Made by a program: the position numbers and the translations under genes. Source: Mantamonas sphyraenae STR306 (lineage: Eukaryota > Protista > CRuMs). Taken from it: a stretch of DNA of 64,000 nt. Below are positions 24,234 to 35,805 of the stretch, in pieces (within the stretch, counting starts at the first letter, position 1; each line of letters opens with the position of its first letter). The notes under the pieces are model-generated. The model was not told the origin of the DNA, did not search any database, and was given only the letters and a program-made list of their open reading frames with translations. Location: NCBI GenBank assembly GCA_026936335.1, contig JAPMXV010000057.1, positions 186,001 to 250,000 of the forward strand. Reading direction: 5' to 3'.

Positions 24234-27200
24234 ATGGCTGCCTTTGGCGCCGAAGGCGTGTCGTCGTCGTCGTCGTCGTCTTCAGATGGCCAGGACGACC
24301 AGCAACAACAAACGCTGCAGCAGCCGCAGCACTCCGACGAGGCCCTCGACAACGTCGGCAACGGCGAAGAGACCCAAGAGGTGGACGACGATGATGATGA
24401 GGAGGAGCAGGATGAGCAAGAAGAGACACCACAGCCGCTTTACGTGCCCACAGACTGGTCCGACCTCGCCCCGGAAACGCTGCACAACATCTTTGGCCGC
24501 CTTGGCTCCCTCGAGGAACTCGCCATGGCCTCCAGTGTCTGCACACACTGGCGCAATGCTTCGGTATGTCCTGTGCTCATTCCTTCTTTCATGTGCACTC
24601 GCTCACCCGTGTCGCCACGCAATCCACCACACAGACTGCCAAGCTCTGGCTTCCGCTGCTGGAGGCCGAGTGGCTGCCCAAGCCCCCGGCCCCGACTCCG
24701 GCCTCTCCTGCAGACGACGTCACTCCAGACACACGCACCGCCCCATACTTTTGCAACTGGATCAACCGTGTCGTACGTGTCCGCCCCCTCCCCCCAATCC
24801 GTCCTCGTGACGTGGCCCTTACACTCTCCCGTGCGACAAAATTGGCTCACTTCCGCTTCCTTCCATTTCTCTCCGCCTTGCCCCGTCCCGCCACAGATTG
24901 GAAAGCACCAGCTCTTTGTTGGCCAGAGCGTACGCCTGCGCGGTCTTTTGCGCCGCCTTCATCAAAAGGCTGTCTATCACGGCAACACCTACGAAGGCAC
25001 AAACGCCCTCCTCAGCGCCTTTACCTTTGCCAATTCCCACACCTCGTCCCGCGTCTTTATCTTCCCAGGTTCGTCCATATCACTCCATGCACACACACGG
25101 CACTCGCCCCATCCACTTCACCTCGCCACCACCACACCCATCCACCCACTCGTCCCATGCACGCAGCCCGCCGCGACGCCAGTTGCAAAGCTCACACCCA
25201 TCTCCCATCTCCCATCTCGCCACATCCCCCAACAGGCTCCTACGATGGCTCGCTCGTCATCACCCAGGCTGACCTGTGGCTCATTGGCGTCTCGCCCGAG
25301 GTGCGCAACTATTCGCCCCTGGTCACCATCCACTCGCCAAACTCGCTCATCGACATCAGCATGCGCGACGCCACCAAGGAAGCACACGTGTACAAAATTG
25401 CCCTCAACCGCGTCAAGGACGACAAGAAACACTGCATTGTCGTCCACAACGGCGGCGTGCGTCTCCACGGCTGCCGCGTCACAGGTCCTCCCGGTTCGGG
25501 CAAGGACAAGGGCTCCATTAACTGCGGCGGTGGCATCTTTTGCTTCAAGACAGGGCGCATCAACTTTGAGCACTGCGAGCTCGCCTTTTTCAACGAGTAC
25601 GGCATCAGCATCTACTCTGCCCAACAGAGTGAGATTGCCCACTGTTCCGTGCACAACATCGGCCTTTGTGGCATCATTGTCAAAGACGAGGCCAACGCCT
25701 TTATCCACCACTCGGACATCCACATCACAGGCCAGGCCGGCGTCGCAATCGCAAACACAGCCTTTGCCTCCATTTGCTACAACGGCATCCACGACGGCTC
25801 CCAATCGGGCATCTATATGTACGGCAAGGGCAGGGGCCTCGTCCACGGCAACGAAATCTACAGCAACAACTTTGACGGCGTCGCCATCAAGAGCACAGAG
25901 CATTCAGACATCCGCCACAACATCATCCGCCAAACAAAGCACACAGGAATTGTCATCTACGACGGCGGCGACGCCTCCATCGAGAACAACACCATCTTCG
26001 ACACCGCCCAGGCTGGCATCTGCATGAAGCTCGGAGGCTTTGCCACCGTACGCCAAAACACAATCTACGATGGCAAGCAAAGCGGACTGTACATCTACGA
26101 CAACGGCCGCGGCATCATCGAAAACAACCTCATTTACAACTGTGAGTTTGACGGCATCGCCATGAAGGGCAACGCAGATACCATTCTCCAGGGCAACGAG
26201 ATCCACAGCACCAAACGCACTGGCATTGTCGTGTACGGCCAGGGAACAGCCACCATCGACAACAACAACATTTGGGACACAGGCCAAGCTGGCGTCTGCT
26301 TCAAAGAGCGCAGCAGCGGCGTCGCCTCGCGCAACACCATCCACGGAGGCAAAGAGTCGGGCATCTACATCTACGCCGACGGCTCCGCGACCTGCGAAGA
26401 CAACGACATTTTCGACCAGAACTTTGACGGCATCGCCATCTGCTCAGAGAAGCCGTCGGTGCTGCTCAACAACAAAATCCACGACACCAAGCGCACGGGC
26501 GTGGTGGTGTACAACAAAGGCGTCGCTACCATCACGGGCAACGACATTTGCCGCTCGGGCCAGGCGGGCATTTGCCTCAAGCTCGAGGGCAACGCACAAG
26601 TGTCGGACAACCACATCCACGACTGCAAACAGAGCGGCGTCTACATCTACGACCAGGCGTTTGGGTACATAGAGAACAACGTGATCGAAAACACCACCTA
26701 CGACGGCGTCGCCATCAAGTCCAGCGTCGAGAGCAACATCATGAAGAACACCATCAGCAACACACAGAACCACGGCGTGCTGCTTTACGAGCAGGGCAAG
26801 GCCGTCATCGAGGCCTGCCACATGTTTGACATTGCCCTGAGCTGCGTGGCCATCCGCGGCGAGAGCGAAGGCCGACTCAAGAGCAACCACCTGCACGACC
26901 TCAAGCAGCACGCCATCACCGTCGAGGGCAAGAGTACAGCCGTGCTGGATGGCAACGACATTCATGACGTCGCCTTTGACGCCATCAACATCAGCACAGA
27001 GGACCACGTCACGGTGTCGCACAACACCATCCGCGACGTGCGCTCCGCCACGGTGATTGGCAAGTCAGCAAGCGCAGATGTGGAACTCAACACCATTTCG
27101 CACATCCGTGAAACCGGCGTGGTGATCAAGGACAGCGCGTATGCCACGATCTCAGAAAACAGCGTGACGGAGACGGGCCTGCACGGCATCCTGGTCAGCG

Positions 27201-30200
27201 ACAACGCCACGGCGCACATTGAAAAGAACAACGTGTCGCAGACACAGCAGTGTGGCATCTGCATCAACACCATGGAGAACCCGCTGCTGTGTCGCAACGA
27301 GATCCATCACACCACGCACGCAGGCGTCAAGATCTGCAGCAAAGCGTACGGGTCCATCGAGGACAACGACATCCACGACTGCGAGGCGGACGGCATCGAA
27401 GTGTGCAAGGGAGCGCAGGCCATCATCTCGCGCAATCACATCTGGAATAACCTGCACTATGGCATCTCGTTGAAACAGTCGTCGGCGCGGATCGAGCGCA
27501 ACAACATCTACGAAGCCTCGGGCGGCGTGCGCCTGGAAAACAGCAGCCAGCAAACGTACGTGAGCTACAACCTCATCCACAAGGTGCACCAGCCGCTCAC
27601 GGTGGACGTGAGCGGTAGCGGGCAAATCGACATCACCCACAACGAGGTGTACGACCCGCCCGCGGACGAATACGCGGACAAGTGGCTGTCGATCAGTGGC
27701 GAGGGCTCGCAGCCTGTGGTGGACGACAACGACGTGCACAGGGGCACAGAGAGCAAACAGAGGCGCCCGGAAATCCAGAGGCGACGTCCGCTGGGAACGC
27801 CCAGCACAGAGGCCACCGAAGAGGACTTTGACAACTTTTACCAGCTCAAGATCGACGCCGACGAGTTGTACACCGAGTACACGCCCGTGCTGGAGGTTGC
27901 GCCGGAGCAGAGTGGCAAGAGCGAACCAAACGGCGAGGGCAAGCAACAAGGAAACGACAGCAGCGGCAAGGAAGCAGGCCAGGAGGCGCCCGAAGCACAA
28001 GGCGACAGCGCAGGCAACGGACAGGGCAACGGCCAAGAGGAAGCAGCGGCTGTGAGTGACAGTGAGGCTGAGGAGGAGGCAGGCAAAGGAGGTGGCAAAC
28101 AGAAGGAGCAGGCCAAGACGGGCGGGGAGGCAGATGCGCTGGAGTCGGGCAAGCCGACGTTCCGCGTGCGTGCGGCAGTGGCAGAGATGGACCGTATGCT
28201 GGACGAGTGCCGCGACGCGATGTTTTTGCACAACCTTGGCACGGATGGGCGGCTACGACCGGAGGAAATGGACGAAGCGAACCAGGGGATCAAGTCGGAT
28301 CTGCCGTCACCGGAGTCGGTGTTGGTGGACCACACCTTTGAAAGCTGCTACTCCACGGCGTTTGGCGAGGTGTGGCGCAACTCGACACGAGCAAACACGC
28401 GCGACTGGAATCGCGAGTACCAGCGGTTGCTGAACGAGCGCAGCCTGGACGTGGACAAGATTGCAGCGCTGCGCCAGCTGGAAGTGGACTTTAAGGAAGA
28501 AGTGGCACGGACGTGCGAAACCATTGTGCGCGAGCTGATGCTGCCGGAAAAGGAAAAGAGCGTCAAGGTGCTGCCGTTGGGTGGCGTGCAAGGAGGCATC
28601 CACTACTTCCATCGAGGTCTTTTGGTGCGCATGGTGCCTCCTGACAACCTGTCACACAAGGCTGCGGGGAACGAGCTGATGGGCATGCGTGCGATTGCCA
28701 ACACAAAGATCCCCGGTGTGCACATGCCTCTGTTTGCACAGGTGGACTTTATGGGCATGCGCATGATTGCAGTGTCCTGTCCGCCCGTGGGCGCCGACAC
28801 TCTGGTGTACGGATCGTCGCACGACGGCATCAACGTGGTTGTAAGCAACCCGGTCGTGTACACGACGTTTGACCAGATCGGCAAGGCGTTGAACCTGCGC
28901 AAGCACGCTGTGGCGCATTCCGACAAGCTGCTGCACTTGAACGGCGACGTGGAGTGCCACATGGGCCTGGACTCGCAACCGTATGTGTTTGACACGACGC
29001 GTGTGATGCCGGCCGTGTTTCCCGTGCGCCACGTGGCCAACGCACACCTGCTGCACCTGTTCCGGCCCGAGTTTGTCAAGCAGTACGCGGTGCCGCTTAG
29101 TTCGGACGCGTTTTCGCACTGGGGCCTGCACAAGTACCAGCGGCACAACGTGGAGTCGTGGAAAGCAAGCCGTGTGCTGGAACAGAGCCACATCAAGGAA
29201 TACGTGGCCGACTTGGAGGAGTTTGAGCCGTTGGATCTGTGGAGCATGGAGCTGACGGAACACATGCACAGTGAAGGGGTCAACGTGCGCTATCTGGGCT
29301 ACATGTACACTCTGACGGCCCATCCGGACGTGGCGGCGGTGTTGCTGAGCGAAGCGACCATGCGTGCGCTGAAGCGCGTTGTGCGCGCAGAGCTGAACCG
29401 CCTGTGCATCCTGGACGCACGGGGAAAGTCGTGGGAGGAGGTCAGCGGCAATGTCAGGTCGTACATGGCAGAGGTGATCAACTGCGTCGTGCTGGGCGAA
29501 AGCGGCGGCGACGGCGACGTTACGCGCGCCGGGCTGATGGGCGCGGTGATGGACATGATGCATCACTACTTTGCACTCGATGTGAGTGTGGGTGTGGTGG
29601 ACAACGGGGCCAACCTGGGCTACGTGGGAAGGCGGCTGTTGGAAAAGCTCAAGGTGGACGTGAGCGATGCGGTGAGCAGCACACTGCTGGAGATGGAGCT
29701 TGCGTACAACGAGGGCAAGGAGCTGAAGACACGCAACCAGCCGAAAGACGGGTATGCACGCATGCGCGCGGAAGACGTGCTGAACTGGGGCGTGCACCTT
29801 CGCTCTGTGTCTTTTACGCACAGGATGCGGCACAACGACCAGCTGCACGAACTGATGGGCGAGATGGAAGACATGGATTTGGAAGACATCGACGAGCAGT
29901 TTGAAGAGATCTACAGGACGTACGCGCGCGCTGTGTCGAGCAAGAGCAAAGACCAGGAGATGCTCATGGAGTGGGCGTTTGCTATTCGGCAGCACGCCAG
30001 CATGCGTCGTGATTCTTTGGATTTGGAGGACCTGGAGGTGTACGACGAGCAATTGGAGGCTGCGTGCAACAAGTACAAGGCAGTGTTGGAATCGGACGGC
30101 GACAGCGACTTTTGCCTGAACGAATTTGGGCTGACGCTGCTTGAGTGGGGCGGAGCCAAGCTGGACCAAGGCCGTGAGGGCAGCGCAGAGCTGTTGAGTG

Positions 30201-30412
30201 CGGCCATGGAGCAGTTTCTGGACAGCGGCGACGAGGGGTTGTACAATCTGGCCCGCTTCTACTGCCTGACCAAGGACGAGGAACAGTGCCGTGCTTATTT
30301 GCTCAAAGCCAAAAAGGCAGGCAAGTTGCGTGCGTTGAGTGCCCTCAAGGTGGATCACTACTTTGCGTATGCGCGAGAGAACTGGTTCTGGTTCAATGAT
30401 TTTCTGTTGTGA
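24234..30412 (+). CDS. F-box + right-handed beta-helix (PbH1/CASH, FBXO10/11-like) + Clu domain + TPR-like protein
   Basis: F-box WSDLAPETLHNIFGRLGSLEELAMASSVCTHWR. Many NxIxxxxxxGI repeats. Clu motifs KAAGNEL, DFMGMRMIA, TLVYGSSHDG, LFRPEFV, SSDAFS, HSEGVNVRYLG. C-terminal YNLARFY. Several short 5' introns with first donor at 24564. Alternative ATG at 24162. Confidence 0.85.
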
Positions 30413-30433
30413 GAGAGAAGAATGGATGGGCGC

Positions 30434-31407
30434 TCAGAGCTCCTTTTTCGCAGGTGTGTGTGCCTTTGCTTTGCTACGCAGAGACGTCTTCCAGTTGATC
30501 TTGTGGCGAAAGGTGTGCTCTGTGGTCGGGAGGGGTCCGTTTGGAGCAGCGTTTGCCAGGCGGTCGCGCACGTTGGATGCAAAGAGGCTGACGTCATCCT
30601 GCTCGTCTTGAGAGGGACGATAGAGGTCGAGAATGGTGACATCCACGCGTGTGTGCCGCTGGCAGGCCAGGAGGATGATGTGGATGGGTGTTTTGAGTTG
30701 GACGTTGGCCCATGTGGGGCTGAAGTGCTTGTTGGCAGCATAGGAGATGTGCACAGGTTGCACAGGTACCCCCTGGGCAAAGGCACCGTGCTTGAAAGCA
30801 ATGAGCTGCTGGCCATTGCTGGTGGTTCCCTCGGGATAGATGGCCAAAGGCCGGTAGCCCGCAGCAGGCTGCTGCTGGCGCAGCTGGATTGCTTCTAGAG
30901 CAGCCGTACCACCTTTGTCCCTGTCCACAAAGATGCATTGCATGGTGGCCATCATGTGGCCGACGATGGGGGCACTGCGCATTTCCGCCTTGGCAACAAA
31001 GTTGCAGGCAAAGATGGCGCTGAGCACAATGCTGTCGAGCCAGCTGCTGTGATTGGCTACCACGGTGAGGACATTGCCGTCTGCGTCGGAAGCTGGGTCG
31101 CCAGTGACGTGGAGGGAAACGCCCAGGACGAGGAGGAGCACGCGGCTGAAGTGTTTTTGAAGAAGCAAGAGACGCCTGCGCCAGGCATTGTGGTGTTTGG
31201 GCAGCTCTGTGTCCAAGTTGTCGTGGATGCCGTAGGTGGCCAGGCGGGCGAGGAGATCGCAGGCGAGGACGATGATGGCGACGAGGAGCAAACGCACAGG
31301 GGCGATGACAACGCCCAGGGCAATTTTGAGGAGCCAACGCAGGTCCCACGGCTCAGGGGCACGACGGAAGGCAGAGGTGGGGTCAAAGTGGGAAGCGGGG
31401 GATCCAT
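30434..31407 (-). CDS. Lysophospholipid acyltransferase (LPCAT/AGPAT family)
   Basis: Motifs VANHSSWLD, FVAKAE, CIFVDR, IYPEGTTSNG and FKHGAF...PVQPV. The nearest ATG (31407) is out of frame by 1 nt at a C-run. Confidence 0.85.
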
Positions 31408-31603
31408 TGGGGGGGGGGGAAAGGAGGGGGGTGGGGGCGTCGGGAGAGGCAATTTGATTGTTGTTGTGAAAGGTGAGGGGAGTGGTGATTTTGTGAATGG
31501 GGTGGGGGTGATGGGGTGGGTGTTGGGGTGGGGAGGGGGAGGTTGGAGGTGGGAGAAAGGCTGACGTTTGGGGCGACAGGGAATCGAGTCGTGGAAAGTG
31601 GTG

Positions 31604-31939
31604 ATGGAGGACCGTGTGGAGACTGTGGAGCAGCGACTGGACAAGTCGATGAGGAAGATCAAACTGCTGGGGCGGAAGTACGGGGATGTGTTGGGTTGGG
31701 TGAAGGAGCTGCAGGTGGAGGCAGGGGCAGGGGCGATGGCGCGGGAGGTGGTGGTGGAGCTGAGGAAGAGATTGGATGAGACGATGGCAAGGCTGGAGGG
31801 GATGGGTTCGTCGTCATCAGGCGGGGAGGAGGAGTGGGTGGAAGAGGTGCGAAGTGCTGTGGTGGATCTGCAGCTGCAGCTGGACGAGCTGAAGGACAAT
31901 CAGGAGGCGAGTGGTGATGAGGGGGAGATTTCCGAATGA
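31604..31939 (+). CDS. Small acidic coiled-coil protein, unknown function
   Basis: ORF MEDRVETVEQRLDKSMRKIK... with heptad character and fills the gap between neighbours. It may have an upstream exon (ctgac...gacag at 31561-31579). Confidence 0.5.
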   Translation: MEDRVETVEQRLDKSMRKIKLLGRKYGDVLGWVKELQVEAGAGAMAREVVVELRKRLDETMARLEGMGSSSSGGEEEWVEEVRSAVVDLQLQLDELKDNQEASGDEGEISE

Positions 31940-32026
31940 AGCAACCTACTGTATCCATTCTTGGTTCCTATGTCGTTGAAGGGACAAACTCTCCCTTCCC
32001 ACCCCCCCCACGCCCAACAGAATCAA

Positions 32027-32962
32027 ATGCGGCGGTTGCTTGTGTTCTCCATGCTCCTTGCCGTGCTTGGGGTTGCACACACGGTGGGGGCTTTCCGAGT
32101 GGGTGACCCTGTGATGACGTTGAAGCGAGCGCAGTACAACCTGAAGCGCACCGAGTGGACAGACGTTCTTGCGTCGCAGTCGCCCAAATTTGCCCAGTCG
32201 TCGCTTGTGCTGCTCAATGCAATCAAACTGCATCAATACAAGGCGTCCGAGCCGTTGAAGATGTGGGTTGGGACAGTGGAACGTGGTGCTGGGGTGTCAA
32301 ACGCGAGATGACGTCGAACTCACACACAACACCCCGCGCAGCTCGTTCACGTTTGCCAACGAGTTTGTGACACCGTGGATTCTGGTGGCTGATGGCACGG
32401 GCACATTCTTGAAGGAACTTCAGATCCGCTTCCAGTATGCAGGCGGGGAAATCCGGGGATTCAGCTGGGAGGCCGAATGTAGGTGGTTGCCCAGTGTTTT
32501 CCGCGAGCACTGCGCCGCATACAGCTCTTTTTGTTCACAACGGACACTGACACAAACATGTGCAACCCTATGGACATTCAATCATCGACGACGTGCCACT
32601 ATTCAAACACAATTGCCTGCGAATTCTGCTCCCCTGCAGATTCGCAGGGAGAACTGCGCGGCAAGCTGCCGGACAACATCCACATCCACTATGTGTGGAG
32701 CGAAACGGTGGAGCGCGACACAACCAGGGGCCTGCAGTTCCTCTTTATCAGTGTGTTCCTCCTCATGCTGCCGCTGGGGGCGTTTGCAGTGTATGATTCC
32801 ATGAACCGCCTGCCTCGCAGCAGCGGCAGAGCGTCTCTGGCACGGCGTGCGGGGTCGGGAGTGCAGGAGAGCCCGAGCGACATGTCTGCACAGTCGATGC
32901 TGGGCAACCCGGATGGCCTTGGGGATGTGGGAGCGGCAGGAGAAGCAACAAAAGACGATTAG
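32027..32962 (+). CDS. Signal peptide + single C-terminal TM protein, similar to plant NPU (No Primexine and plasma membrane Undulation)
   Basis: AFRVGDPVMTLKRAQYNLKRTEWTDVLASQSPKF, FVTPWILV, FQYAGGEI and PDNIHIHYVWSETVERDTTRGLQFLF follow the recalled NPU pattern in order. Two predicted introns. Confidence 0.65.
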
Positions 32963-32968
32963 TCCACA

Positions 32969-35748
32969 ATGGCGATTGTGTGGCAGCAGGTGAAAGCGTA
33001 CATGCGTGCTCGCTACCAGATGGCTCGCAAGGACAAAAAGTTTCGCACAGTCGGCGCAATCATGCCTGTGCTGATGTGTGCCATGGCTGCGTTGATCTCG
33101 CTGTCGTTGCTCACGCTGGGTGACCTTGTACCCAAGAAGCCGTCGGTGCAGGACATGGACACGAATGTGAAGCTGAGCACAGTGCTGGACAATGCCGTGC
33201 CGTACTACGACGTGCAAAAGGACCCTTTGCAGGACCCTGTGGTGCTGCTGAACAATCTGCGTGCAAGCAGCTACCTGACACGCGTGCCACTGCACGCCAC
33301 CAACAGCACCAAGCAGCTCAACGACTACCTTCTCAGCCACAGCGACACGTATGCCGCTTATATCATCAACAGACTGGACATGAATGTGTACGTGGCCCGG
33401 AGGAGGGTGTAGCGGGTCGTGCGCGTGGATCGAGTTTGGTTCCCTCGCACGGTGTGAAGTCGCCGGCGCTCACTCCGCACATTCGTCTCTGCACAGCAAT
33501 GGGAACAAGCATGGCGTGTACAACGTCACGGCACTTTACAATGGCACCGTGCCCGGATTTCCAGACGAGATCCGGCTGCAGGAAGTGGCACAAACACAGC
33601 GCATGCTGGCACAGGCTGTGTTTAGCCTTGTGCGTGACGCCAGTGTCACATTCAGCGAGAACTACCAGCCGTTTGAGGTATCAGACCTGACACAGTCGTT
33701 CGACTCGATCACGTCGTCCATTGCCCTGCTGATGGCGTATGCGTTTACGTTTCTGATTGCCCTTTTTGCGTACCACCTGGTGATGGAGAAGGAGAAGAAC
33801 TTGAAGGACCAGCTTCTGATGGCGTCCATGGCACGTGACTGCTACTGGATTGCCAACCTATGCTTCGACTTTTCCTTCTTTGCCATTGTGGCGGCGGTTG
33901 CCATGGGGATCATGCTTGTCATCGGCTCACCGCTGCTTGTGTACAACAGTCCGCTGGTGGGCATCCTTATCGTGTACCTGTTTGGAGTGTGTGCCATTGG
34001 CATGGCCTACCTCGTCAGTTTCTTCTTTGACAAGATGCTGACTGCGTACAAGGTGATCAGCAGCGTCGTCACGTTCACGGTGCTCATTCCGTATCTGATC
34101 ATCGACGTGATTTTGGTCAACACCCCTGTACCCGAGTATGTCCATCTGCTGTTGTCTTTGTTTCCGCCGTATGCCCTTCTGTACGGCTTCCGTACGCTGG
34201 GATTGGCCGCTTTGCACCGCAAGCCAATCACGATGGCCAACCTGCACACGTCGCCGATCCTGGCCCTGATTCTGTTTCTTTTCATCGAGGCTGTGGTGTT
34301 CATGGTGGCTACAATGTGAGTTTTTTCGGAGGAGGGGGTTTTTGTTTTTGTTTGTGCTTCATTGCTCGCTAACGCAACACGGGTCCTCGCACTGTGACAG
34401 CTATCTGGATGTGGTGCTGAAGCGCAATCACGTGGCGTGCAAGCGCAAGAACGCGTGTGCAGGTGGGCAGAGCTGCAGGCAAAAGGTGCGCGTCAGCTCG
34501 AGGAACGGCGTGCGTACGCTGCAGCGTGAGGAGAGTGACCCGCTGTTGGTGCGGTCTGTGAACCGTACGGAGGAGCAGACGATGCAGGTTGCATCCATGG
34601 CGCGCGAGGATGAGGAGGTGGTCGCTGTACGCGATGAGATCGACGCGTTGGACAGGGAACAGCAGCGAAGATATCCTGTGGTGCTTTCGCACCTGTTCAA
34701 GTCCTTCCCCGACGCAGATAACCGTGGGGAGCGGGTGGTGGCTGTGAACGACGTGTCGTTTTACATGCAGGAGAACGAGTGTTTCGGCCTGTTGGGCCCC
34801 AACGGAGCAGGCAAGAGCACGATCATCAACATGTTGACGGGCATCGAGCCTGCAGAGGAAGGAGAAGCCTATGTGCTGGGCAACAGCATTCTCACAGATA
34901 TGGACTCCATCTACGCCAATCTGGGAGTGTGTTCCCAAACCGACCGCATCTATCCAAACCTGTCGCCGCGGGACCACCTGACGCTGTACGCACACCTGCG
35001 AGGTACAAGCGAAGAGCTGGTGGCCACCAAGGTGGAGCATGTGCTGGACGAGTACGACCTGCGTGAGCACGAGGAGACCCTCGCAGAGAAACTGAGCGGC
35101 GGCAACAAGCGCAAGCTGTCCATTGCCATTGCGACCATGGGCGACCCGGGAATCATCTTTCTGGATGAGCCTGCATGTGGGCTGGACCCGGTGGCTCGCA
35201 GGCACCTGTGGGACATCATCCTGAAGCTAAAGGAGAACAGGACAGTAGTGCTGACCACGCACAGCATGGAGGAGGCCGACGCCCTGTGTGACCGCATTGG
35301 GATTGTAGTCAAAGGTTCGTTGCGCTGTCTGGGCTCGAACCAGTCTCTCAAGTCGCGTTACGGCTCTGGCTACCGGCTGACGATCAAGTCGACGATGGAC
35401 TTCACGGCGCAGGTACAGCGCCTGGTGGAGGACATATTTGACGACGTGTCGCTCATGGACGAGTTGGCAGGCACACAGAACTTTGAGGTGCACGACAACG
35501 ACCTGCGACTGGGCCCTGTGTTTGGCCGCCTGGAGGCAGAGCGTGAGGCCTACGGCATTTTGGACTACTCGCTGTCCCAGACAACGCTGGAGCAGGTGTT
35601 TGTGCGCTTTGCAGCCGAGCAGTTTCTGGAGGAGGCAGACACGGTGGCAGAAAACGACGAGGATGGCCACGACGCGGTGGCCGACAGTGACGTTCAGTTG
35701 CGAGGCGTTTCGATCAGCGGAGCGGCCGATCGAGACAGCGAAGAATGA
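32969..35748 (+). CDS. ABC transporter subfamily A, half-size (TMD-NBD)
   Basis: LVMEKEKNLK, FGLLGPNGAGKST, LSGGNKRKLSIA, IFLDEP and LTTHSMEEADALCDRI. Three ORF segments joined by introns at ~33387-33495 and ~34316-34400. Confidence 0.92.
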
Positions 35749-35805
35749 GGAGGAGGAGGAGGAGGAGGACACAGTGGCTACATGTACTGTAATCCATTTC
35801 ACCCT

